DNA of 25,773 nucleotides from Promethearchaeota archaeon. GTDB taxonomy: Archaea > Asgardarchaeota > Lokiarchaeia > Sigyniarchaeales > SOKP01. Both the position numbers and the translations under genes were made by a program. Under the pieces are notes generated by a model, which ran no database searches, had not been told where the DNA came from, and saw nothing but the letters and a program-made list of their open reading frames with translations. The stretch is from positions 1 to 25,773 of the forward strand of contig SDNY01000048.1 in assembly GCA_004524535.1 (NCBI GenBank), given 5' to 3'. Below are positions 9,242 through 18,241 of this stretch, in pieces (position 1 is the first letter of the stretch; every line of letters starts with the position of its first letter).

Positions 9242-10078
9242 TCAGAATGTTTTTTCATTTTTTTTAATTGATAGATTCATGGATCCACTACGAAAGCCTT
9301 CAATATCAATGGTAATATAATTAAAGCCAAGATCTTTGAATTTATTTTTGATTTTTTGTAGATTTTCCTTGGATAAAATTTCTGGTAAATCAGATTTTAG
9401 GAATTCAATGCGTGCTAGACTTTCATCGTGAATTCTTACTCTCAATTGCTTTAAATTAAAGGTTTGCTTTAAAAATCTTTCACCTTCTCTAATTAAATTT
9501 AATTTTCTCTCGTTTATGACTTGATTGTAAGGGATTCGAGAAGAGAAACATGCCATTGAAGGTTTGGATTGGACATCTAAATTATAATATTTACAAATCT
9601 CTCTTATTTCTTGTTTATTAATGTTATATTCGATATATGGTGTAAAAATATCTAATTCTTTTAAGGCTTGAAGTCCTGGCCTGAAATCTTGAAGATCATC
9701 AATATTTGAACCATCCAAAATTATATCAAAATCAAAATCATCTCTAATTTCGATTATCTCGTTATATAATCCTTTTTTGCATATGTAACAACGATTTATT
9801 GGATTTAATTTAAAATCTTCATCATCTAAAGGATTTCGTTCAAGAATAATTTGAGATATATCATACTTTAGGGCAAATTGGCTTGATAACTCAATTTCTT
9901 CTTCAGGGTAAAGAATAGAATGCTCAGTAATAAGTAAAGTATCTTTTGCATATTTTTTTGAAAGAAAAGCTAAAAGTGTACTATCCACGCCTCCTGAGAA
10001 GGCTACTATCACTTTTTTATTTTTTAGAGAGGATATAAGCCTTTCAAGTTTACCTTCAAGATTTTTTGACAAATTCAT
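9242..10078 (-). CDS. larE: ATP-dependent sulfur transferase LarE (PP-loop)
   Basis: PP-loop SGGVDS; NPINRCYICK; DGSNIDD..DFRPG; KPSMACFSSRIPY; QLRVRIH; GFRSGSMN. Confidence 0.93.
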   Translation of the reverse strand: MNLSKNLEGKLERLISSLKNKKVIVAFSGGVDSTLLAFLSKKYAKDTLLITEHSILYPEEEIELSSQFALKYDISQIILERNPLDDEDFKLNPINRCYICKKGLYNEIIEIRDDFDFDIILDGSNIDDLQDFRPGLQALKELDIFTPYIEYNINKQEIREICKYYNLDVQSKPSMACFSSRIPYNQVINERKLNLIREGERFLKQTFNLKQLRVRIHDESLARIEFLKSDLPEILSKENLQKIKNKFKDLGFNYITIDIEGFRSGSMNLSIKKNEKTF

Positions 10079-10278
10079 CTATATTCTATTGAATATAATT
10101 GGTTTTAAGTTAAAAAAATTTGAGATTATATAAATTAAAAAAGAATATAATTAGTGATTTAACATATTATTGAAAAAATTTTTATTTATATAATATATAT
10201 TCTGTAAAAAAAAGCAATAAAATTAGCTTTTTATCTCGTAGAATACTTGAAATAAAAAAGAGATTTATTTTTATATAT

Positions 10279-11715
10279 ATGGTTAAAAAAAGCAAATTAA
10301 ATATAGATAAAAAAGCTCGACGAGCTTTAGGCGTTCATTTAACTTCGGTTGATATTTTTTTAAGATATATTTTTCCAGAAATAAAAGATAAATTGAAGGA
10401 GTATATCTGGATTGATTTATATGCTGGAGAGGGAAATTTACTTTTACCTATTTTAAACGAAATATCACCAGAAGAAAGAGTAAATTTTTTTGAAAATCAT
10501 ATTTATCTATTTGATGTTCAGGCTGAGATGGTACATAAGTGTGTTAAAAACGCTAATTCATACGGGATCCCTATTGAAATAGCAAAAAAAAATATAAAAA
10601 TCCGAGATAACTTGGAAAACTTTCCTGAATTTCTGAAAAATAATGAACTTCCTATTTTCCACATTACAAATCCTCCTTATTTATATTTAGGATATATTAG
10701 GAAGCATAAAGAAACTCAAAAATATCTTAAATACTTCAAAGCTGATAATGATGGTTATCAGGATTTATATCAAATTGCCATGATTAATGATTTAAGAAAT
10801 AACATTGAAAACCTAATATATATTATTCCCTCTAACTTTTTATTTGGAGCGTCAGTATCTAATAAATTTCGACAAGATTTTTTGAAATATTATAAAATTC
10901 TTAAAATGGTTATATTTGAAACAAAAATATTCGAATTCACAGGAACGAATATTTGTATTGGCTTTTTTAAAAGAAAAAAAGATCCCAAAGTTGAGCCAAT
11001 AGAATTTAACGGAGTAAAAATTAAAAATAAAGAAGATTTAATATCTAAAAATTATATATTAAATCCAAAATTCAAATATCGTGCTGGTTCTGAATTTGAA
11101 GAGTTCCTTGAGAATTATCGAACACGTAATCCATTAAAAGTAAAATATTATTTATTAAAAGAAGAAGTGGCAAAAAATAAAGGAACTAATCAAATTGCTG
11201 TTATTGATGCAAATAAATATAGAAATAACCAATATAAAAGGCTAAATCTCCAAGTAGAGGATATTTTAAAAGAAAAAATCGAATCAAATATATTGTATGT
11301 TCAAACTGTAGATAAAGGTTCAATTGAAGGTCGAGTTGGGCTTGGTATAATAGCAGAAGATTTTGATGTAAAAGGGATTTATGTGTCCTCTAATACTTAT
11401 CGTACACATCCTATACAAATTTTTTTAGAGCCTCAAATTTCAATTGAAGATCAAATGCTATTAAAGGACTATTTTAATTTTACGTTAGAATATTTTAGAA
11501 AAGAATTAGACAGTGAATTTTTAACAACCTATAAATATTCCAGTGCTGTATACACTAGAAAGTATCTAGGTTTGACTCAAGTAAGAGGATTAATTGAAAC
11601 TTTTCCAATTTCAATAATTAAAAGAGATTTAAAAATTAAAAAAAGCTTTAAATCTGCTATCAATAGACATGAATTTAATGAGATTTTAAAGATTTTAACG
11701 GTTTTAAGTAATTAA
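10279..11715 (+). CDS. Amino (probably N6-adenine) DNA methyltransferase, gamma motif order, apparently orphan
   Basis: Motif X (GVHLT), motif I (DLYAGEGNLL) then motif IV (ITNPPY), DLYQIA, IYIIPSNF, FEFTGTNICI; long C-terminal putative target-recognition region. Confidence 0.85.
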   Translation: MVKKSKLNIDKKARRALGVHLTSVDIFLRYIFPEIKDKLKEYIWIDLYAGEGNLLLPILNEISPEERVNFFENHIYLFDVQAEMVHKCVKNANSYGIPIEIAKKNIKIRDNLENFPEFLKNNELPIFHITNPPYLYLGYIRKHKETQKYLKYFKADNDGYQDLYQIAMINDLRNNIENLIYIIPSNFLFGASVSNKFRQDFLKYYKILKMVIFETKIFEFTGTNICIGFFKRKKDPKVEPIEFNGVKIKNKEDLISKNYILNPKFKYRAGSEFEEFLENYRTRNPLKVKYYLLKEEVAKNKGTNQIAVIDANKYRNNQYKRLNLQVEDILKEKIESNILYVQTVDKGSIEGRVGLGIIAEDFDVKGIYVSSNTYRTHPIQIFLEPQISIEDQMLLKDYFNFTLEYFRKELDSEFLTTYKYSSAVYTRKYLGLTQVRGLIETFPISIIKRDLKIKKSFKSAINRHEFNEILKILTVLSN

Positions 11716-12591
11716 GTCAGTCTTTGCAATTCTTTTTGCTTCTGGAAGTCCTTTATGTAAATATTTAAATTTCCCCGTAGTAAGACCATACACAATATAT
11801 GCCGGAATAGAAACAACTATGTTAATTGCTGGTATCAGCATTACTGTGATAACATCTGAAGCTCTTCCTTCAAAACCCATGAAATACACCAACATTGTAA
11901 TTAAAAATACGATTGAAGAAATACCGGCATAACCTTTTAAATAACTGTTATATCGTAAATGTATAGGTTCAATTTCAAATAGCCGATCTAAACGCTCACT
12001 TTGACCTTCTAAGCCAGAATAATGAATTAATCCGGAATCTTCAAGAGTCCACCCTATTGACCATAGTCCAATAACAATTGGCAATATAAAAATAACTGTG
12101 ATTGACATTATCACCGTAGTGACGAACCTAAGATCAAGTCCTTCACTCTCATAAATATGAACTAAATTAGTATTAATAAACATTTTAGCTGCACTCTCTG
12201 GTAGAAGAGGTAAAATAAAAGCAAGAAAACCCAATGTCAAGAGAAAAATGTATATTCCTCGTTTGAGGAATTTTTTTGGTGAATAAATAATTGGCACCGT
12301 TTCAATGTATGCATTTTCAAATTTTTTGTATATGGCTTTTTTTCCTTTTAAAAAAATGGGAGTAAATATACGAGGAAAAAGAAGAACTGTAGTTATTGTT
12401 AAGATCGTCGGTAAAATAAAAAAAATCAAGAACATATGAATAGTTTCGGGAAGGCCAGTTAAGGGTACAACCCCTGCCTCTCTTGATGATGTGAATATTC
12501 TAATAGACATAGTAATAAATAAGATTATACAAATAATGAGAAGTACTAGGATGAATTTCTTTTCTTTTTTCTCTAAGTTCATTTTAATCAT
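11704..12591 (-). CDS. Hypothetical integral membrane protein (about 6 TM segments)
   Basis: Long ORF with repeated hydrophobic stretches and a polar loop WTLEDSGLIHY...IEPIH..YNSYLKGYAGIS. Start uncertain (TTG 12594, ATG 12591 or 12582). Confidence 0.7.
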   Translation of the reverse strand: MIKMNLEKKEKKFILVLLIICIILFITMSIRIFTSSREAGVVPLTGLPETIHMFLIFFILPTILTITTVLLFPRIFTPIFLKGKKAIYKKFENAYIETVPIIYSPKKFLKRGIYIFLLTLGFLAFILPLLPESAAKMFINTNLVHIYESEGLDLRFVTTVIMSITVIFILPIVIGLWSIGWTLEDSGLIHYSGLEGQSERLDRLFEIEPIHLRYNSYLKGYAGISSIVFLITMLVYFMGFEGRASDVITVMLIPAINIVVSIPAYIVYGLTTGKFKYLHKGLPEAKRIAKTDLIT

Positions 12592-12708
12592 CAATTTAAG
12601 GTTTTAATATAATAATTTAATTTTGTTTTGAATATTATATAATTCTTTAGTTATTTGATTAAAAATGTTGTTCTAAATAATTTCGAATTATTTGAATTTA
12701 GCATATAT

Positions 12709-13614
12709 TCACGATAAACTCGCAAAAATAAAGGCTATTAATCCAAGAAACGCCCCAACTTTTAAAATTAAACTGATTTTTTTAAAATCTTTTCTTTCTA
12801 AATTTTTGCGCAACGAGAGAATTATCGCAAAAATTATGGCTATTAGTCCAAAACTCATGAAAATAATGAATAAAGTTGGATTTATAATATTTGTAAACAG
12901 AGGCAAAATAAAAAAGACAACTGCTAAAATTTCAAACAATAAAGAAAAAATGATTGCTTTTTTAGTTCCAAGTTTAATTGCTAATGTTTTAACATCCTTA
13001 GTCTTATCGCCTTCAATATCCTCGCAACCCTTAACAATTTCACGAGAGAGTAATAAGAAAAATGAAGTCAAAAAGAAGAAATAGATATAAATAGGAATAG
13101 CTAAACCATTTAAGACTGCTCCATAAATAAGCCCTATAGAAAATGAAATGCTAACGATTATATTGCCAATAAAACCTTGTTTCTTTCCCCAAGCGGAATA
13201 AAGCCATCCAATAAAACCAAAGAAGAGTGCCAATATTATGTTAACAATGCCTAACGAAAATATTAAACTGTGAATAATCGATATCATTATGCCTATACCA
13301 AGCGTTAAAAAGAATAATATCTTGGCTTGTGTTAAGCTTACAGAGTCACTCGGGATTGGTCTATCAGGTCGATTTATATTGTCAATTTCAACATCGTAGA
13401 TGTCATTAATGATCATTCCAGAGCCGGCAATAAAAAAATATGTTAACAAGCCCAAAATAATGTTTATTAATAAAATGTCACATGGAATTCCTGTGCGGGT
13501 GTTTAAAAGACCTATTAGGACAGTAAGAGAACCCATAAGACAATTTACTGGTCTCATTATTATAATACTGCCAGCTAAGAAGCTTTTTTTTGGTTTAATT
13601 GTTGAATTTTCCAT
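12709..13614 (-). CDS. Digeranylgeranylglyceryl phosphate (DGGGP) synthase, UbiA prenyltransferase family
   Basis: MRPVNCLM; first Asp-rich motif INDIYDVEIDNINRPDRPIPS; YSAWGKK; GNIIVS; second motif REIVKGCEDIEGD; directly downstream of GGGP synthase. Confidence 0.9.
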   Translation of the reverse strand: MENSTIKPKKSFLAGSIIIMRPVNCLMGSLTVLIGLLNTRTGIPCDILLINIILGLLTYFFIAGSGMIINDIYDVEIDNINRPDRPIPSDSVSLTQAKILFFLTLGIGIMISIIHSLIFSLGIVNIILALFFGFIGWLYSAWGKKQGFIGNIIVSISFSIGLIYGAVLNGLAIPIYIYFFFLTSFFLLLSREIVKGCEDIEGDKTKDVKTLAIKLGTKKAIIFSLLFEILAVVFFILPLFTNIINPTLFIIFMSFGLIAIIFAIILSLRKNLERKDFKKISLILKVGAFLGLIAFIFASLS

Positions 13615-13716
13615 GAGTAAATTAATGAAAATTTGCTATATTTTAATTATTTCGATTCAATCAAATTTCAAATAATAGAAATAAAGAGAGCTTTATTTAA
13701 AAATGAATGATCTCTC

Positions 13717-14535
13717 TTATTTTTTGAAATTCTTTTTAGAAGAAACTCTTTTGCCCTCGTCTTTAATTGCATCAATTATTACTTTTAAAGACGCTCCATT
13801 ATCGTTTAAAATATTAGTTTCTAAGAAAGTTCCCATAACAATAATATCAGCACCCGCTTTGACTAATCTTCTTGCGTCTTCTTTACTTTGAATGCCTCCA
13901 CCAGCAATAATAGGAATCTTTATAACTTTTTTGCATAATTTTAAGATTTCGGGAGGAATACTCTCACTGCCAGACCCAGCTTCCAAATAAATTAATTTAA
14001 AACCAAACATTTGTGCAGCTAAAGAGTAAGCGGCAGTTAATTTTGGCTTTTTTCTAGGTAATAATTTCGCATTACTGATCCACCCTGCGGTTCCACCAGG
14101 CTCGATTATTAAATAACCAGTTGATATGTATTCAAGATTTGCCAGCTTAACAGTATAAGAACCAATAGCTTGCTGACCTATTATAAAATAGGGATCTGTT
14201 GAGTTTAATAAAGACATAAAAAGGATAGCATCAGCTTTTGGTGATACGTTAGCAATACCTCCAGGAAAGATAATAATTGGTACATCTACTTTATTTTTAA
14301 TTGCTGAAATTGTATCTTCAACAAATCTTTGATCGAAAGCAGTACTTCCTCCGATTAATATTGCGTCTGTCCCAGCATCTACAGCAAGCTTCGCCATTTT
14401 TGCTGCGTCAATAGGACCTTGTCGGATTGGATCTGGATCAATTAAGGAAAAATGAAGAGCCCCATCATTATTTAGTTTATTTATGATATACTCGTAGGTG
14501 TTTGTTGAGGTTTCATCCAGTAAGATATTAACCAT
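13717..14535 (-). CDS. Geranylgeranylglyceryl phosphate (GGGP) synthase, group II
   Basis: HFSLIDPD; AILIGGS; IIFPG; FMSLLNS; GYLIIEPG; YLEAGSG; AGGGI; GADIIVMGT. Confidence 0.95.
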   Translation of the reverse strand: MVNILLDETSTNTYEYIINKLNNDGALHFSLIDPDPIRQGPIDAAKMAKLAVDAGTDAILIGGSTAFDQRFVEDTISAIKNKVDVPIIIFPGGIANVSPKADAILFMSLLNSTDPYFIIGQQAIGSYTVKLANLEYISTGYLIIEPGGTAGWISNAKLLPRKKPKLTAAYSLAAQMFGFKLIYLEAGSGSESIPPEILKLCKKVIKIPIIAGGGIQSKEDARRLVKAGADIIVMGTFLETNILNDNGASLKVIIDAIKDEGKRVSSKKNFKK

Positions 14536-14548
14536 AAATTACACGTTT

Positions 14549-15967
14549 TTAAATATTTTTATTTTCTTTATGTATACTCTTCCCAAATGATGTAAATTTA
14601 ATTTTATTATAAATATTTTTAGTATATTCTTTCCAAGCGTCAAATTCACTAATTTCTTCAATATTTTTTGGAAAGTTTTTATAATGGCTTCGGAGATCGT
14701 TCATTTTAATACGAAGATAATTTAAATCTAATAATAATTTTGGATTGGAAATACCTTTAATGGCTTTCGTTAGCATATCCATAATAGATAATTTAATACC
14801 CCCGGTTGCAGCAATTTCTAATATCTCATCACCAGATAATAAATCTTTTTCTAATCCAAAATTTAAAGACTTATTTGAAAGTTTTTGTAAGGCAATCCTT
14901 AATAAATCGAGAGAAGCAAACTCAGCTCCAAAACTATTAATAATCTTACAATTATATTCCCACAATTTCTTTAAAGAATAATCTTCATTTTGAATTGCAT
15001 CTAAGGCTGTCAAAGCAGCATAGTAGCCCGCTCTCATTGAAGGATCTATCCCTCCACCATGAAGAGGATTGACATGGCAAGCAGCATCCCCTACAAACAT
15101 GATCCCATTGTCAGCGGACGACCAAATTGGTCTTCTTACGGACACAACACCCCCTCCTGTGGAAATTACTTCATATTTCTTAGTCTTTATAAACTCATTA
15201 AACACATTTTTTTGATAGTATTCTTTTACTTGACCTTTATAATCCATAAACATACCTAGACCTATATTGACTGAAGATTCGTTCCTAGGAAAATACCAAA
15301 TATATCCACCTGGTGCTTTTTCTTGATCCATTATAATTGTAATGTAGTCAGGATCGTTAACTTGTTGATCTTGGGGATTAAATTTCACAATTTCTCGATA
15401 ACATAAGATACAATCTTCTTTTGAAATTTCTTTTTCGATAATTGAGCTTTTTATTTCTTTTCTTAAAGGAGAATAGAATCCACTTGCATCTATTATTATC
15501 TTAGAGTTAAGATCTATTTTTTCACCATTTTTCACTCGTATTTTTAAACCCGAGACAGAATTATCTTTGTAAAGTAAATCTAAAGCGATAGTGTTATCTA
15601 AAAATTGTTTAACCCCAGCATCGAGAGCTTCATTTAATAATCTTTGCCCAAATTCTAACCTATTTATTTCATAACCAGCTTGCTTAGGGTCAGTTAAGGT
15701 TATACATTTATTTAGATTGGGAGAATATAATTTTGCTCCCTTTATATGACAAGAGAGCTCATCTTCCTTAGGATGGTTTATATTTAAAATGTCAAAAATC
15801 TCAGTGCCAACAGCATCACCGCATATTTTATTCCCGATCTGACTTCTTTCTTTTCTATCAATAAGACAAACATCTAATCCTTTTTGAGCAGTAAATCTCG
15901 CAGCAGTAGTTCCTCCGGTACCGGCTCCAACAACGATTACATCAAAAGATTTTTGAAAACTTTCCAT
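14549..15967 (-). CDS. Geranylgeranyl reductase (digeranylgeranylglycerophospholipid reductase family)
   Basis: FAD motif DVIVVGAGTGG; GNKICGDA; IDASG; PxxYxWxFP signature APGGYIWYFP; VGDAACHVNPLHGGGI. Start moved to ATG 15967 (MESFQ), which removes the overlap with the upstream gene. Confidence 0.92.
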   Translation of the reverse strand: MESFQKSFDVIVVGAGTGGTTAARFTAQKGLDVCLIDRKERSQIGNKICGDAVGTEIFDILNINHPKEDELSCHIKGAKLYSPNLNKCITLTDPKQAGYEINRLEFGQRLLNEALDAGVKQFLDNTIALDLLYKDNSVSGLKIRVKNGEKIDLNSKIIIDASGFYSPLRKEIKSSIIEKEISKEDCILCYREIVKFNPQDQQVNDPDYITIIMDQEKAPGGYIWYFPRNESSVNIGLGMFMDYKGQVKEYYQKNVFNEFIKTKKYEVISTGGGVVSVRRPIWSSADNGIMFVGDAACHVNPLHGGGIDPSMRAGYYAALTALDAIQNEDYSLKKLWEYNCKIINSFGAEFASLDLLRIALQKLSNKSLNFGLEKDLLSGDEILEIAATGGIKLSIMDMLTKAIKGISNPKLLLDLNYLRIKMNDLRSHYKNFPKNIEEISEFDAWKEYTKNIYNKIKFTSFGKSIHKENKNI

Positions 15968-15983
15968 ATTCTTGTTAATAATT

Positions 15984-15998
15984 AAAAAATAAAAAAAA
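15984..15998 (-). terminator. Possible oligo(U) terminator/attenuator between the kinase and GGR genes
   Basis: Minus strand reads T8-A-T6, starting 7 nt after the kinase stop. Archaeal terminators are U-tracts, but the background is very AT-rich. Confidence 0.35.
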
Positions 15999-16005
15999 TT
16001 AGAAT

Positions 16006-16791
16006 TTACAAATAGTATATTAAAGTTAAAAGGTAAATTATTATAGTTGTACAAATTGGGACAGTTAAATCATCTAAAGTGCTTGGCGAGATTAATTCAA
16101 TTATTGTAGCTAATAAAGCGGTTATAACCGAGTATAGTATTATAATATTCCAAGTTAATGGTTTCTGGTGTAGTGTCATAAAAATACCAAAATACCAAAA
16201 CGACCCAAGACATAATAAAAATGCTGAACCGAACATAGTTGCTGAACCTAATACAGTTCTTGCAGAAGTCCATGGGAGTTTAATTTTAATTCTACCCCAA
16301 TTTTTTCCTACTATTGAAGCAAGTGTATCAGCAACAATCATTATTAGAATTCCTGCAATTGGAAAATATAGTTGATGAGGAGAAAGCAAAACAAAAACTA
16401 AAATCAATACTGTTATTGAAATACAATAATTCAATGGTCCCATTAAGCGTCCACTCTTCTCCTCAGCTTCCTCGCCAATACTTTCATATAATTCTCTTAA
16501 CTGTTTAACACTACTTTCTTTCGAACTAAAATAAACCAATAGAGTTAAGCTTAAAGCGATAAAAATAGCATATATCGGCCAAATGAAAAAGGGTACAAAC
16601 AATACAACTAAACCCGCAAATAAATGAACCATTTTCCTTGCAGTAAATTTTGAAATTTTATCTTTCTTTTTTAGCGCAACGGGGATAAGAATCGTCATGA
16701 ATACGTATATGTAGCAGACTGCTATCATTAACATATCAAATAAAAAATCTGATATAACGTAATTTTTGGGCGGCAATACCTGTAATATCAT
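16006..16791 (-). CDS. CTP-dependent polyprenol/diacylglycerol kinase (Sec59/Dgk1/Vte5 family), membrane protein
   Basis: RKMVHLFAG (RKxxH); GPLNY; ADTLASIVGKNWG; RTVLGS at the K[S/T]xEGS position; IELISP..LDDLTVP at the DNLxxP position; multiple TM helices. ATG 16791 or TTG 16800. Confidence 0.85.
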   Translation of the reverse strand: MILQVLPPKNYVISDFLFDMLMIAVCYIYVFMTILIPVALKKKDKISKFTARKMVHLFAGLVVLFVPFFIWPIYAIFIALSLTLLVYFSSKESSVKQLRELYESIGEEAEEKSGRLMGPLNYCISITVLILVFVLLSPHQLYFPIAGILIMIVADTLASIVGKNWGRIKIKLPWTSARTVLGSATMFGSAFLLCLGSFWYFGIFMTLHQKPLTWNIIILYSVITALLATIIELISPSTLDDLTVPICTTIIIYLLTLIYYL

Positions 16792-16895
16792 TAAGATCAA
16801 TTATTTCTTTAATAAAATTTGCAATAATTATAGGTAATAAAAATGTTTTATTAATTTTTTTAAAAGGTTTCAATAATTCGAGGAAAGAATAATTT

Positions 16896-18101
16896 TTAAG
16901 CATTCATTGGTGGTGTCGGTGGGACCTCATTATCAATCCACACATCTTTGATTGGATGTGTCCACCAATGGTTGGGTATATTCGCATAAGTTCCATATTT
17001 TTCAAGCCCCCTTTCAAATGCTTGGATATTTTCACTAGACACTCGAATATGATCTTCTTGTGGGTAAAAATATGCACCAAAACCACCATTTGGGGTACCA
17101 AGATTACGCATCATATGCCATACTTCACGCTCACAATCTTCAGGACTAGCAAGAGGATATATTCTCTGGATATCCAAACATGCGAAAAAAGCGATCTTAC
17201 CCCTATATTTTGCTAAATCATTATATCCAGTCATTCTAGGGCTGTCTAGTTCAAGAGCATCCAAACCCCATTCTATAAATATTGGAATTAGGGGATCTAT
17301 TTGTCCACAACAATGGAGCATAAAATCACATCCTAAGTCATGCGCAGTATCAATTAATTTCTTATAAATTGGCTCATAAAATTCTTTAAAGACTTTTGGA
17401 GACCAATAGGGTCCTTTTTGTGTTCCCAAGTCGTCATATAATAGGAATCCATGAGGTTCAAGCCCATAATTTACAAAGGATTTTTCGAATTTAATATATT
17501 GGTTAGTTATATATTTTAATAATTGCTTGAGATCATTTTTACGACGATAATGATCGATTAAATAAGTATCGAACCCTCGCATTTGACCGGTCATTTGGGA
17601 TGGACCTAATTCAAGATTTGCCATACGATATTTTTTTTGTCCTAATCTGTTTTTTAGATCCAAATAAAAGGAATAACTACTCTCATCATCATAAATGGGT
17701 GTGTAATGTGAAAGGTACTCATCCATATCTTTATAATCAAGAAGTCTCGGTTCGCCCGGATGACCCATAGTATCTATTCCAGCTCTCTTCCATATGTTTC
17801 CCCATTCGTCAATTTCTTCTCTTTCTATCTTTAGCCAATTATTTCTTTTATATATGGGATTATCCTTAGCCCAATCGGGCATATCCCATTTCCATAGACC
17901 GGATTTAATTATAAGTTCATGCACAACATGAGGAAATAATCCATTTTCAGATTCGTGATGTCCAGGTTGCCATTGAGGAGGTGGAATTCTTGCCATCATG
18001 AAAACATCACTTTTGCCAAAAAACTTCATAACAGGCACTCTATCTGGATTCTCAAATTTAAGGGCTGCTTTAACCCGTTCTATAGAATTAATATTTATCA
18101 C
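16896..18101 (-). CDS. UroD/MtaA-CmuA superfamily TIM-barrel protein
   Basis: SIERVKAALKFENPDRVPV; DEWG; MRGFD; YDDLGTQKGPYWSP..FKEFYEP; LHCCG; GGFG. GTG start. Confidence 0.85.
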   Translation of the reverse strand: MININSIERVKAALKFENPDRVPVMKFFGKSDVFMMARIPPPQWQPGHHESENGLFPHVVHELIIKSGLWKWDMPDWAKDNPIYKRNNWLKIEREEIDEWGNIWKRAGIDTMGHPGEPRLLDYKDMDEYLSHYTPIYDDESSYSFYLDLKNRLGQKKYRMANLELGPSQMTGQMRGFDTYLIDHYRRKNDLKQLLKYITNQYIKFEKSFVNYGLEPHGFLLYDDLGTQKGPYWSPKVFKEFYEPIYKKLIDTAHDLGCDFMLHCCGQIDPLIPIFIEWGLDALELDSPRMTGYNDLAKYRGKIAFFACLDIQRIYPLASPEDCEREVWHMMRNLGTPNGGFGAYFYPQEDHIRVSSENIQAFERGLEKYGTYANIPNHWWTHPIKDVWIDNEVPPTPPMNA

Positions 18102-18241
18102 TCTTTGAAAAGATTTATAGTTCCTTTATATTATAATCATTAAAAATTATTTTATTTTCGTAAAATTATTTATAATTTTTATTTTAATAAATCTATAGCT
18201 GGAAATTTAAATAAATAAAATAACGAGAAAAAAATCTTATT

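Noticed and set aside
5214-9244. Selenocysteine readthrough at the TGA stops of mptG and larE
   Set aside because: Both proteins are complete at those stops, and the positions do not correspond to conserved Cys.
12692-13891. Plus-strand ORFs 12692-13084, 13400-13675 and 13703-13891
   Set aside because: Antisense shadows of DGGGPS and GGGPS; their K/I/N-rich composition mirrors hydrophobic codons on the coding strand.
15968-16054. 29-aa N-terminal extension of GGR in the ORF track
   Set aside because: Low-complexity N/F/L sequence that overlaps the kinase 3' end and a poly-T tract; ATG 15967 sits just before the FAD motif.
16006-16800. Calling the membrane gene CDP-archaeol synthase (carS)
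   Set aside because: It has the kinase RKxxH and D..A...G motifs and lacks the CarS-type DGxRxxGDGKTW pattern.
18140-18195. AT-only palindromes such as AAAATTAT-TT-ATAATTTT in the UroD/sulfatase divergent region
   Set aside because: Short arms in near-pure AT sequence are expected by chance.
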